Made by a program: the position numbers and the translations under genes. From positions 67,136-131,135 of the forward strand of contig JAZKZR010000010.1 of the NCBI GenBank assembly GCA_045612805.1: 64,000 nucleotides of DNA, written 5' to 3'. Below are positions 26,637 to 36,556 of this stretch, piece after piece. How positions within the stretch are numbered: the first letter of the stretch is position 1; every line of letters begins with the position of its first letter. Source of the DNA: Candidatus Enterousia sp. Lineage in GTDB: Bacteria > Pseudomonadota > Alphaproteobacteria > Rs-D84. The notes beneath the pieces are model-generated. The model worked only from the letters and a program-made list of their open reading frames with translations, was not told the origin of the DNA and did no database searches.

Positions 26637-27869
26637 ATGACAAGACGCGTTGTTGTGACCGGAATGGGGTTGGTTAGTGCACTGGGGAATGACCCTGATT
26701 CCGCATTTAATCGTTTGCACACATATAAAAACACAATTCGTGAAATTGAAGGTTTGTCCGCGATACACGGGTTAAATTCACATTTGGCATCTTTGGTTCA
26801 TTTTTCTATTCCGGACCATTTTAATCGCAAGGTTTTGCGTACAATGGGACCGGTATCTGTTTTGGCGGTGTATTCGGCGGAAAACGCGTTAAATGATGCG
26901 GGTTTGTTGGGTGATTCTGTGATAACAAACGGTCGTACGGGTGTCGCATATGGTTCGTCGTTTGGTTCGGCGGGCCCCGTTGCGGATTTCTTTTCCATGG
27001 TAAAAACAAATGAAATCGGGAACATTACATCTTCGTCGTATATCAAGATTATGCCGCAAACAACGGCGGTCAATATATCGTTATACTTCAAAACCACGGG
27101 GCGTTTAATCCCAAGTGGTACCGCCTGTACTTCGGGCAGTTTGGCAATCGGTTTTGCATATGAAAATATAAAATCCGGCGCCCAAGATATAATGATTGCG
27201 GGCGGTGCCGAAGAATTTGACCCGACCCAGGTTGCCGTGTTTGATACCCTTTATGCAACCAGTACGAAAAACGATACACCCGACAAAACCCCGTCACCAT
27301 TTGATGCAAACCGTGATGGTTTGGTTATTGGTTGTGGTGCCGGAACATTGATATTGGAAGAACGCGAACATGCATTGGCGCGCGGGGCCAAGATTTATGC
27401 CGAACTTGTTGGTTTTGGTACGAACACGGACGGAACGCATATCACACAACCAAATTCGGATACAATGGCAAACTGTTTGGAATTGGCGTTGGAATCGGCA
27501 AAACTAAAACCCACGGACATCGGATATATATGCCTGCACGGAACGGGGACAACATTTGGCGATATCGCCGAATCAATTGCAACAAATCGCGTCTTTGGTG
27601 ATAAAACCCCGGCCAGCAGTTTGAAAAGTTATGTCGGACATACCCTTGGTGCATGTGGTGCGTTGGAATCAATTTGGTCGATTCAGATGATGAATAATGA
27701 TTGGTTTGCGCCGACATTGAATTTGAATACGGTGGACGAAAAATGCGGTGCATTGGATTATATAACAAAAACCGGTCGCAATTTTAGTGCCGATTTTGTA
27801 ATGAACAACAATTTTGCCTTTGGCGGAATAAACACATCACTAATCTTTAAAAAAGGAGGAAAAAAATGA
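26637..27869 (+). CDS. Beta-ketoacyl-ACP synthase II-like (KS, ApeR-like)
   Basis: MTRRVVVTGMGLVS N-terminus. Active-site GTACTSGS, and the HGTGT and GHTLGACG motifs. A track alternative start lies at 26619. Confidence 0.85.
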   Translation: MTRRVVVTGMGLVSALGNDPDSAFNRLHTYKNTIREIEGLSAIHGLNSHLASLVHFSIPDHFNRKVLRTMGPVSVLAVYSAENALNDAGLLGDSVITNGRTGVAYGSSFGSAGPVADFFSMVKTNEIGNITSSSYIKIMPQTTAVNISLYFKTTGRLIPSGTACTSGSLAIGFAYENIKSGAQDIMIAGGAEEFDPTQVAVFDTLYATSTKNDTPDKTPSPFDANRDGLVIGCGAGTLILEEREHALARGAKIYAELVGFGTNTDGTHITQPNSDTMANCLELALESAKLKPTDIGYICLHGTGTTFGDIAESIATNRVFGDKTPASSLKSYVGHTLGACGALESIWSIQMMNNDWFAPTLNLNTVDEKCGALDYITKTGRNFSADFVMNNNFAFGGINTSLIFKKGGKK

Positions 27870-28282
27870 AAACATTAATATCACTTTTGTCTGTGGGAAC
27901 TTTGGCGGCATGCAGTGCGGCGGGCCCAATTATGCGCCCGATTCATGAAGACCTACATTCTGCGCGTGCCGACGGTTTTCTAAATCCATCGATTGAACTA
28001 TCTTTTGGAAAGTCAGAAATTACAGGTAAAAATCTTGGAACATGGGTGTCCAACAAGAAAACAAACTCCGTAAACAAAGATGCGTCCACGGCATGTCAAA
28101 TCGCGTTCCTGTCCGCGGTAAAATCATTACAGGATAGGGCTGTTCGTGAAGGCGGCAACGCGGTGACAAATATTCATAGTTTCTATGACAAAGTTCCAGA
28201 ATGGAGTGAAACGACATACCGTTGTAAAGACGGCCATTTGATGAGTGGCGTGGCCCTGCGTGGAACGGTGGTGAAAAAATAA
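27866..28282 (+). CDS. Cluster-associated lipoprotein (138 aa)
   Basis: Signal peptide with the lipobox LAAC. It overlaps the KS stop (coupled). Terminal gene of the + operon. Confidence 0.55.
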   Translation: MKTLISLLSVGTLAACSAAGPIMRPIHEDLHSARADGFLNPSIELSFGKSEITGKNLGTWVSNKKTNSVNKDASTACQIAFLSAVKSLQDRAVREGGNAVTNIHSFYDKVPEWSETTYRCKDGHLMSGVALRGTVVKK

Positions 28283-28312
28283 CAAACGCCCGTTTGGGCG
28301 TTTTTTATTTTA
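28283..28312 (+). terminator. Rho-independent terminator closing the + operon of the APE-like cluster
   Basis: aacgcccgtttgggcgtt followed by ttttatttt. Confidence 0.75.
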
Positions 28313-28724
28313 ATTTTTCCTGGTATCTTTGTATTTCGCGCAATAATTGATTCTGGGTCGAATCAAATTCCGCAACGCGGGCATTTGCAACGGAATCATT
28401 ACAATTCGCAATCCACCCAAGGCGTGAAATCAAGCGTTGATTTTTTTCGAATTCTTCTAAATTTTCCAGAGCCAAATTATTATTTGCTCGTGCAAGCGAA
28501 TCAATAACCAGGCGCAGATGTTTGTTTTGCGTAATTTCTGGTGCGGTTGCTATATATATTCGCCGTGCCTCTGCATTGTCGCGCAATTTAAATTCACAAT
28601 TTTCAATTTTTTTGCGTGCCTCTTTACGACCCTGATAGTGGCTTACAATCATCACACCCGCCAATATCAGTATGGCGACGGTCGCACCCACCGCAATTCC
28701 ATGCCAATCTGTGTTTTTGCTCAT
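28305..28724 (-). CDS. Hypothetical single-pass membrane protein with coiled-coil
   Basis: 139 aa with an N-terminal TM segment (GIAVGATVAILILAGVMIV). Confidence 0.4.
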   Translation of the reverse strand: MSKNTDWHGIAVGATVAILILAGVMIVSHYQGRKEARKKIENCEFKLRDNAEARRIYIATAPEITQNKHLRLVIDSLARANNNLALENLEEFEKNQRLISRLGWIANCNDSVANARVAEFDSTQNQLLREIQRYQEKLK

Positions 28725-28832
28725 GTGTTTACCCCTTTGTTCGTACTGTTTTTATACCACATGGAAATAAAAAATCAACCAATGTATAAAAAATCGCCGT
28801 ATTCACGGCGATTTGTATGTCATTTTATTTGT

Positions 28833-29834
28833 TTACAACAATTTTCCCATTGCAACGGCGGTATCACTCATACGATTTGAAAATCCCCATTCGTTGTCAT
28901 ACCACGCGGTCACATGAACCAAGCGACCATCAATCACATGCGTTTGCGTCGAATCGAAAATCGAACTGTGTGCATCGTGCGTAAAGTCGATTGAAACCAA
29001 CGGCAATTCATTATATCCAAACGTCTTGGATTCGGCCGCACGCATAGCGTCGTTTATTGAATCCACGGTTGCATCTTTGTTCAAGTTTACAACTAATTCC
29101 ACAACAGAAACATCCGGTGTTGGAACGCGGATTGCAATTCCGTCCAATTTCCCCGCCAAATTCGGCAACACCAAACCAATCGCCTTGGCGGCGCCGGTAC
29201 TGGTTGGAATCATGGACATTGCCGCCGCACGTGCGCGCCGGAAATCTTTGTGATTTTTATCCAATAATTGCTGGTCCCCGGTATATGCGTGCACGGTTGT
29301 CATCCAACCCGACACAATTCCGAATTTTTCATCCAAAACCTTTGCCACCGGCGCAAGACAATTCGTTGTACAGGACGCATTTGATACAATAATATCATCG
29401 CGGGTCAATGTGTCTTGGTTCACGCCGAACACAATCGTTTTATCCGCACCCGCGGACGGTGCCGAAACCAAAACGCGCCGGGCCCCACAATCAATATGCA
29501 CGCGTGCCTTGTCCGCCGCGGTGAAAATCCCCGTGCATTCCATTACGATATCAACCCCCAATTCACGCCATGGCAATTTTGTTGGGTCTTTTTCCGAAAC
29601 ACATTTGATTTTCTGCTTGCCGACAATAATCGTGTCGCCGTCCAGTTTAACATCCATCGGCAAATTCCCGTGCACAGAATCGTGTTGCAGCAAATATGCG
29701 TTTTGTTCCGCCGGTGCCAAATCGTTCACCGCAACAAATTCAATATCATCGCGCCCAGATTCCAATGCCGCACGTAAAACCAAACGACCAATACGGCCAA
29801 AGCCATTTATTGCAACTTTTATTTTTTTTGACAT
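28833..29834 (-). CDS. gap: Glyceraldehyde-3-phosphate dehydrogenase, type I
   Basis: INGFGRIGR N-terminus, catalytic SCTTNCLAP, 333 aa. Confidence 0.9.
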   Translation of the reverse strand: MSKKIKVAINGFGRIGRLVLRAALESGRDDIEFVAVNDLAPAEQNAYLLQHDSVHGNLPMDVKLDGDTIIVGKQKIKCVSEKDPTKLPWRELGVDIVMECTGIFTAADKARVHIDCGARRVLVSAPSAGADKTIVFGVNQDTLTRDDIIVSNASCTTNCLAPVAKVLDEKFGIVSGWMTTVHAYTGDQQLLDKNHKDFRRARAAAMSMIPTSTGAAKAIGLVLPNLAGKLDGIAIRVPTPDVSVVELVVNLNKDATVDSINDAMRAAESKTFGYNELPLVSIDFTHDAHSSIFDSTQTHVIDGRLVHVTAWYDNEWGFSNRMSDTAVAMGKLL

Positions 29835-29951
29835 AACATACCTTCCTTTATTTTGTTTAATGCCGACTTATCATAGCACCATTCGCCAAAAAATCCAATC
29901 TGAATTTTGCGCCCGCTTGAATTTGCCAAATCGTGCGGTATAATTCTACTT

Positions 29952-30833
29952 ATGAATACAAAAAGCGCATACATTATCGCCGGTCCAACCGCATCAGGCA
30001 AATCAGATTTTGCCCATAAATTGGCGCGTGCAGTTCATGGCGCGATTATAAACTGTGACAGTGTGCAAATATATCGCGGCATTGAAAATATATCGGCAAG
30101 TCCTTTTGCCGGCCGTGAAATATCGGATGAAATTGACGGCGTACCATATCGGTTGTTTTCGATTCTGCCATTGTCAGAACAAATAAGTGTCGCGGACTAT
30201 ATCGCACTGGCGCGCCGTGAATATGATGCGGCGCGTGCAAATGGTTTCGTCCCGATTTTTGTGGGCGGAACGGGGTATTATATAAATGGCCTTGTAAATG
30301 GTATCGCGGAAATTCCGGAAATATCACCGGAAAATCGCGCCCGTGCGCGTGAAATGGTCGCACATGATTTAGATGCGGCGCGTGCGATGGTGGCGGAAAC
30401 CGGCGCATCGGATTCGCAACGCGTTGCCCGCGCGGTGGAGGTTTTTTTGCAAACCGGCCGTCAAATAACCGAATGGTGGAACGAACCACGCGTGGGCGCA
30501 ATTACGCCGACACCATATAAAATATTGATAAACCCACCGCTAAATGTATTGCACGAACGTATCGCCGCGCGAATCCCAAAAATGCTTTCGGGCGGTGCGG
30601 TAAGTGAGGCAAAATATATCATTGAAAATAATCTAAATTCATCACGTGCCATCGGGGTAGGGCAATTATGTGACTTTTTAACCAGAAAAATAACACGCGA
30701 TGCGGCAATTGAAAACTGGATAACCAAAACCAACCAATACGCCAAACGTCAGCGGACATGGTTCAAAACACAATTTGCGCCCGATATAACGATAAATCAT
30801 ATCCCTGACGCTGATGATTCAATGTTGTTCTGA
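29952..30833 (+). CDS. miaA: tRNA dimethylallyltransferase
   Basis: IIAGPTASGKS P-loop, DSVQIYRG, GGTGYY. Confidence 0.85.
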   Translation: MNTKSAYIIAGPTASGKSDFAHKLARAVHGAIINCDSVQIYRGIENISASPFAGREISDEIDGVPYRLFSILPLSEQISVADYIALARREYDAARANGFVPIFVGGTGYYINGLVNGIAEIPEISPENRARAREMVAHDLDAARAMVAETGASDSQRVARAVEVFLQTGRQITEWWNEPRVGAITPTPYKILINPPLNVLHERIAARIPKMLSGGAVSEAKYIIENNLNSSRAIGVGQLCDFLTRKITRDAAIENWITKTNQYAKRQRTWFKTQFAPDITINHIPDADDSMLF

Positions 30834-31546
30834 TTTTGCTGTTCTGCCTCTGCGGCCGCACGCGCCTGTTGACGTTCCAACTGTCGTTGCTGTTTTGCGG
30901 CAACTTTTTCAAGAATCGTATTGTATTCATCACGAATAGCATCGTTCAAACCGGATTTGCGCATCGCACTTGAATACGCGGTCGCGTTTGCAAATTCGGT
31001 TTCCAATTTCCCCCATCCGGCATATTCCCAATCGATAATTCCAACAATATCCATGGTTGCGGGATCAACAATTATATTATTACAAAGGTCATTATGATTC
31101 CAACCATCGCCATCGCCGGTTTTCAAATCATCAATACCTTCGGGCCGGGAATTGTGAACTTTATATATAAAACTTGCAATTTGTTTTGCCAACTTTTCGC
31201 GATTAGCCGTTATTTTCTTTACACCCATAAGGTTTAGGTTTTTTCCGGGTATATACGGATATTTATAGAATATGTATTCGCCCGCCGGAACAACGCGTAT
31301 GGACAAAATACGCACCGGCGAAAATGGCGCAAGCGCGTCGGTTATACGCTTTTCACGTATGATTTTGTCCCGGGGAACCGCCGTATCATTATGCTTTCTA
31401 ACCTTAAACACAAATTTATTTTCGACGATAAATCCGATATTCCAACCACCCTTTACCATTTTTACGTCCATAAAGTCCAATTTCGGAAACGTTCGTTTAA
31501 GTGCGTTATATTTCCGATACCAATCAAACAACTTTACGCGCCGCAT
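30797..31546 (-). CDS. Phosphotransferase-family kinase (APH/choline-kinase-like fold); start uncertain
   Basis: WNHNDLCNNIIVD (Brenner HxD) and IIDWEYAG (DxD) motifs. Gln/Ala-rich C-terminal tail. The track ORF extends to 31675. Confidence 0.5.
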   Translation of the reverse strand: MRRVKLFDWYRKYNALKRTFPKLDFMDVKMVKGGWNIGFIVENKFVFKVRKHNDTAVPRDKIIREKRITDALAPFSPVRILSIRVVPAGEYIFYKYPYIPGKNLNLMGVKKITANREKLAKQIASFIYKVHNSRPEGIDDLKTGDGDGWNHNDLCNNIIVDPATMDIVGIIDWEYAGWGKLETEFANATAYSSAMRKSGLNDAIRDEYNTILEKVAAKQQRQLERQQARAAAEAEQQNQNNIESSASGI

Positions 31547-31688
31547 ATACACACGCCACCGACGCACCGGTATAAATCGACACAGGAAATCACAAACCGC
31601 GAAAAAATACATCCACATCAGTTTTCCTTTTATAAATGTTTTATTAAATACTATTGAAACCCACGAAAAAAACAAGTATTTTGTTTAT

Positions 31689-33881
31689 ATGTTTAATAAA
31701 GGCACAATTGTAAAAGTTCTTGTCCCAAATGTGGTAAACCATGGTTATGATTACCGCCTGGGCACTGATGCGGATTTGGGAACTTTTGTCGGGTGCAACG
31801 TTATGAATCGCCCATATATCGGTATCATTTACGGTATCGGCGATAGTAATTTGCCCCCCGAAAAGATAAAAGATGTTGGCAACGTTTTCCCATATAAATT
31901 GCCGGTCGCGACACTACAATGGATTCAGAAAATGTCCGAATGGACACTTATGGCGCCTGGGGCGGTGTTGCGATTGATTCTAAATGTGCCGGACGCGTTT
32001 AATGAACCAAAGACCGAACAACTTTACGCATATAATTTTGAATCTAAAAATGCGAAAATGACCGAAAATCGCCAAATGGTTTTGGATGCGTTTCAAATAA
32101 ATAACAACGAACCAATGTCGGCGACAGATATTCAAAATATCGCGCGTGTCGGTCCGTCTGTGGTCAAAACGATGATTGCGCGCGAAATGTTATTGCCGGT
32201 ATCAACGCGTCGCGTTACCGAAAGTTTCAATTATAAATACGCTGATATGGGTAATGTTGAACTGAACCCGGAACAACGTGCCGCCGCCGACAGCATCGGT
32301 CGCGATATCGCGCACGGCGGATTTTCGGTGAACCTTATTGACGGCATCACGGGCAGTGGTAAAACCCAAGTATATTTTGATTCCGTATGGCGTGCATACA
32401 GTGCGGGTCGTTCGGTGTTGCTTATGATGCCGGAAATTGCCCTTACAACACAATTTATAAAGCGGTTTGAATCGCGCTTTGGTGCACCGCCCATTGTGTG
32501 GCACAGCAATCTAACTGCGGCGCGCCGTCGTGATATTTGGCGCGGTGTTTTAACGGGCGAAATAAAAATAATCGTCGGCACGCGCAGCGCACTGTTTTTG
32601 CCATGGCAAGATTTGGGCTTAATTATAATTGATGAAGAACACGATTCATCTTATAAACAGGAAGATATGGGAAATTATCATGGTCGCGATATGGCGATAC
32701 TTCGCGCAAAACTTGAAAAAATCCCCGTTGTATTGGCAAGTGCGACGCCGTCCGAAGAAACAATGAATAATGTAGAGTTAGGGCGATACGGCCACCATGT
32801 TTTGAAATCGCGATACGGTGGTGCGGAATTACCAAAAATTGAAACAATCGATTTGCGCGAACACCGACCGGAAGAATACAAGATAAATGATGAAACGCGC
32901 CCCGGTGCGCTGTCGCCGATTCTGTGCGATGCAATCCGCGAAACAATTCAAAATCATCGCCAGGTTATGTTGTTTATAAATCGGCGTGGTTTTGCCCCAA
33001 TTACCCAGTGTAAAAAATGCGGTTGGGTTGCGACATGCCCCGATTGTTCGGTCGGTATGACATACCATAAAAAGTTGGGAAAATTGTTGTGTCATGTTTG
33101 CGGTCGGACAAAAACATTGCCCGACAAATGCCCAGAATGTGGTGACGCGGTTTCCATGCGTGGCGCGGGACTTGAAAAGGTGGAAGAAGAGGTCGCCATA
33201 AAATTCCCCGGGGCAAAAACCGCCCTGGTGTCAAGTGATACGATGGTGTCACGCGGGGCATTGGAAAGATTGGTTGAAAAAATGGAATCGGGCGAATTGG
33301 ACATCATTATCGGCACGCAAATTTTGGCCAAGGGCCACCATTTTCCGAACCTGACGCTGGTTGGTGTGGTGGACAGTGATATGGGCCTGTTCGGAACGGA
33401 TTTTCGCGCCGCAGAACACACATTTCAACAGTTATTCCAAGTTGCCGGCCGTGCCGGGCGTGGCAAAATTCCGGGGCGCGTAATGTTGCAAACATATCAA
33501 CCAACGAATCCCGTTTTAACCGCAATTTGCGCGGGCAATCGCGATGAATTTTTGCACGGCGATATGGATGTGCGCAGGGCTGCAAAAATGCCACCATTTG
33601 GCCAATTGATTGCGATAATCGTCGAATCAAAAAAAGAATCGTTGTTAAAGGATTTTTGCGAGACGCTTGCACGGCAAAGGCCAAATGTGAACGGCGCGCG
33701 CATAATGGGCCCGATTGTCGCACAAATGTACCAAGTCCGCGGATTTTACCGTATGCGGTTTTTAATTGCGGGTGATGCGCGTGCATATTTGCAACCAATC
33801 GTGAAAAAATGGATGTCGCACATAAATGTCCCGGCAAACATCCGAATCAAAATCGATGTCAACCCCCAGAATTTTATGTAA
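31689..33881 (+). CDS. priA: Primosomal protein N' (replication restart helicase)
   Basis: About 730 aa. Walker A GITGSGKT, the DEEH box, and two Cys4 zinc-binding modules (CKKCGW...CPDC, CHVCG...CPEC). The start was chosen at MFNKGTIVKV, because the longer track ORF overlaps the upstream gene. Confidence 0.85.
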   Translation: MFNKGTIVKVLVPNVVNHGYDYRLGTDADLGTFVGCNVMNRPYIGIIYGIGDSNLPPEKIKDVGNVFPYKLPVATLQWIQKMSEWTLMAPGAVLRLILNVPDAFNEPKTEQLYAYNFESKNAKMTENRQMVLDAFQINNNEPMSATDIQNIARVGPSVVKTMIAREMLLPVSTRRVTESFNYKYADMGNVELNPEQRAAADSIGRDIAHGGFSVNLIDGITGSGKTQVYFDSVWRAYSAGRSVLLMMPEIALTTQFIKRFESRFGAPPIVWHSNLTAARRRDIWRGVLTGEIKIIVGTRSALFLPWQDLGLIIIDEEHDSSYKQEDMGNYHGRDMAILRAKLEKIPVVLASATPSEETMNNVELGRYGHHVLKSRYGGAELPKIETIDLREHRPEEYKINDETRPGALSPILCDAIRETIQNHRQVMLFINRRGFAPITQCKKCGWVATCPDCSVGMTYHKKLGKLLCHVCGRTKTLPDKCPECGDAVSMRGAGLEKVEEEVAIKFPGAKTALVSSDTMVSRGALERLVEKMESGELDIIIGTQILAKGHHFPNLTLVGVVDSDMGLFGTDFRAAEHTFQQLFQVAGRAGRGKIPGRVMLQTYQPTNPVLTAICAGNRDEFLHGDMDVRRAAKMPPFGQLIAIIVESKKESLLKDFCETLARQRPNVNGARIMGPIVAQMYQVRGFYRMRFLIAGDARAYLQPIVKKWMSHINVPANIRIKIDVNPQNFM

Positions 33882-33916
33882 ATAATCATGTTAATGCAAA
33901 ATTAAAATGGGACAGT

Positions 33917-34096
33917 GGTTATTATTCCAGAATGCCGTCATCCCGCGGTAGCGCGGGATCCAGGCCGAGCGTAGCGAGGACTTGCGTCGCAGACAGTTTG
34001 TCGTCGCATTGCGACGACAAATACCCTGCGGGGCAAGTTTTTGCATTCGCAAAAACTGGGCACCGCTCTTCAGCGGTGTGACGCGTCTCTGGAATT
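33917..34096. mobile_element. MITE-like palindromic element family 1, full-length copy
   Basis: Shares its termini (ggttattattccagaatgccgtca ... caccgctcttcagcggtgtgacg.gtctctggaatt) and internal modules with 3308-3494. The central module is in inverted orientation (gtttttgcattcgcaaaaac versus gtttttgcgaatgcaaaaac). Confidence 0.7.
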
Positions 34097-34142
34097 ATGT
34101 AATTTTTGTTGAAAATTACATTTTTATGATAAAATACCAATA

Positions 34143-34961
34143 ATGGTAAATGACGATGCTTTTTGGTGTGATGAATCTGGTAAAGCCATAACTTGCTTTC
34201 ATGGCACTTATTATGATTTTGATTACTTCTTCCCGTTGACTCATTTTGGGTCCAAGGCTTCTGCACAAACGGTATTAAAAGAAGGTAAATGGAAACGTGA
34301 TAAAAATATAGATATAAACAAACCAAAAATAATCCCTGTGCATTTTAGAAAGGGGTTTTATTTAGAAATACCAGATTTGAATAATCATTATGTGGAAGAT
34401 TGGCGGGCAATAATTTTAGCATTTTTATTAGATAAAACCATTATTGAAGATATAGATAATCTGCACAAGTGGGACGATATTCAAAAAAAATGTGAAATGG
34501 CGGCATTAAAAAAATTACCCCATCAATACGATTTTATTGCGCAATCGGTTGGCGATGATAAAATTAAACAAGAAATATCGTATGAATCTTTGTATGATAA
34601 GGCAAATGCTGAAAATTTGTTTTTACAACGAATTATAAGATTTTTCGAATCTGTTGGTATAGACGGTTTTTATTATAAAAATTTTACAGAATGTGGCGGC
34701 GATAATTCATACATTATATTCAGACAGAACAATGTGGTGCGAACGGATAAAAAATTGTCGCCTATGAAAACACATGTTGATGCTGAAAAACTAAAACATA
34801 TAGAACAAGAATTTGTAAAAAATTATGTCCCGCGCTGTTTAACAGCCCAAGAAAAAGAAAAATGGATAAAGCAATTGCGTGACTTTTATGATTTCAGAAT
34901 TGATGAAATTGCGTGGCAAAAACAGAAATTAAACGTATGTAAAAACGCGTTATCACTTTGA
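34143..34961 (+). CDS. Hypothetical protein (272 aa), lineage-specific; candidate effector
   Basis: ATG immediately after the MITE. No recognisable domain. Lys/Glu/Asp-rich. Confidence 0.45.
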   Translation: MVNDDAFWCDESGKAITCFHGTYYDFDYFFPLTHFGSKASAQTVLKEGKWKRDKNIDINKPKIIPVHFRKGFYLEIPDLNNHYVEDWRAIILAFLLDKTIIEDIDNLHKWDDIQKKCEMAALKKLPHQYDFIAQSVGDDKIKQEISYESLYDKANAENLFLQRIIRFFESVGIDGFYYKNFTECGGDNSYIIFRQNNVVRTDKKLSPMKTHVDAEKLKHIEQEFVKNYVPRCLTAQEKEKWIKQLRDFYDFRIDEIAWQKQKLNVCKNALSL

Positions 34962-35108
34962 TGGGTTTTTGTGTGCCAGTGGGGCATGATTAGTTAAAGT
35001 GGCAAACCAGGACGCCGCACTGGCCGCGTAAAAACACCGCCCCAAAGATTCAACCCCTGGGGCGGCGTTCATGTATAACCCTTTTAAGTTATTTTGCGCG
35101 GTTTGAAA

Positions 35109-35495
35109 CTATTTTCCATGTTCCGGTTCCGGTGACATGCGCCGTTGAAAACCGAATATGTGCAATGCGCCATCCGTTAATCTTTGAATCATTTTTTGGC
35201 GTTTTGCTTGTTTTTCTGTGTATCGTTGCACAATTTCTTCTTCGCGACTTGGCTGTTGAGGTTCAACAATACCAAGTAATTCATGTACAACATCTAAATC
35301 TTTATACAGCATGTTTAAATGATGCCCCCCGGGTTCTTCATGATTCCTAATCTGCGATAGTATTCTGTTTGCTTCATTTGTTAAAAATTCAACATATGCC
35401 CCCTGGTTAAGGATGTTACCTTTATTATCTATAATTCCTTTTGTGGACATGCTACCAAGAATCATTTGTTTTACTTCCTGTAAATAATCAGACAT
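35109..35495 (-). CDS. Hypothetical protein (128 aa)
   Basis: Located downstream of the VirB11-like gene in the same orientation. No domain recognised. Confidence 0.4.
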   Translation of the reverse strand: MSDYLQEVKQMILGSMSTKGIIDNKGNILNQGAYVEFLTNEANRILSQIRNHEEPGGHHLNMLYKDLDVVHELLGIVEPQQPSREEEIVQRYTEKQAKRQKMIQRLTDGALHIFGFQRRMSPEPEHGK

Positions 35496-35520
35496 TTTTT
35501 TCTTCCTTTTGTTTGTTAAA

Positions 35521-36516
35521 TTAAACCACCTCGGTCACGGCGCGCAGTGAACCGTCGCGTGACAGTTGCACAACACGAATCTTTTGCTTCATTTCCGCAA
35601 TCAAATCCGTGCGGTTATATGCGGGTTGCGTGTGCAAAATCCTGTCGGCGAATGCGGCATAGGCGGCTTCGGCACTTTCCGCGTGAATCGTTGTATAAAA
35701 ATGTTCGTGCCCGGTCCCAAGCATTTCCCAAAGAACCGACGCATTATCCGTTGATATTTCGCCACCAATAATTACGTCCGGTGTCATACGAACAACCAAA
35801 TCAAGCAATCGCGCATAATTAAAATCATTTGTTTGCTCTGTTCGCGACAATACAAAATGCACATGATTTTTCTGTGGAACGCGAACTTCGCGCGCATCTT
35901 CGACGGTAATAACACGACTGTTTTGGTCAATAAGGGTCAACATATGATTCAAAAATGTTGTTTTACCCGTCGCGGTCGCACCGCTTATCAAAATCGGACT
36001 GCCGTCGTTTATTGCGGACATCAATCTGTCGTATGGGTCGTCGGGCCGATTCGTTTTTCGTGGTTTTACCTTCATCAATTTTTTACCCCGTTCCAGGTGG
36101 TATTCGCCGAACGAAGTTTCCGCCACGCCGCCACCACGTATATTTAGCGCAACACCGCCCGTTATATCGCGTTCGTCATATTGCACATTTGGCCCGGCAA
36201 TCGCACTGAATCGATGGTTGCCCGGCAAAGTCGCATAAACGACCGGGATCCCATGTATCGGATCAAACGGTCGTTCATAAATGTTTGCAATCGTATGAAT
36301 TAAATCGACAAGGTATTGCTTGCTAAGCACCGGGGCATCATACGCAACCCACGGCACACGCGCCCCATGCAGGCGCATCCACACTTCGCCCGCATGGTTT
36401 ATCGCGATTTCTTCGACGAAACTTGGCCGATAAAATTCCGATATAGGTTTCAATAAAGATTCTAATACAACATTTGTCATCAAATTCATTTTATCATAAA
36501 TCGCCACTTGAATCAA
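35521..36516 (-). CDS. Type IV secretion ATPase, VirB11/TrbB family
   Basis: 331 aa. Walker A ISGATATGKTT, the RVITVEDAREV motif, an Asp box and a His box. Size fits VirB11 rather than CpaF/PilB. Confidence 0.6.
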   Translation of the reverse strand: MIQVAIYDKMNLMTNVVLESLLKPISEFYRPSFVEEIAINHAGEVWMRLHGARVPWVAYDAPVLSKQYLVDLIHTIANIYERPFDPIHGIPVVYATLPGNHRFSAIAGPNVQYDERDITGGVALNIRGGGVAETSFGEYHLERGKKLMKVKPRKTNRPDDPYDRLMSAINDGSPILISGATATGKTTFLNHMLTLIDQNSRVITVEDAREVRVPQKNHVHFVLSRTEQTNDFNYARLLDLVVRMTPDVIIGGEISTDNASVLWEMLGTGHEHFYTTIHAESAEAAYAAFADRILHTQPAYNRTDLIAEMKQKIRVVQLSRDGSLRAVTEVV

Positions 36517-36556
36517 AAAAGTTTATTTGTTAGAATCAAAAAAAAGAGAGAAGGAA

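Noticed and set aside
31272-31688. N-terminal 139-aa extension of the priA track ORF
   Set aside because: The extension overlaps the convergent kinase-family gene on the other strand. The conserved PriA N-terminus (MFNKGTIVKVLVPNVV) begins at 31689.
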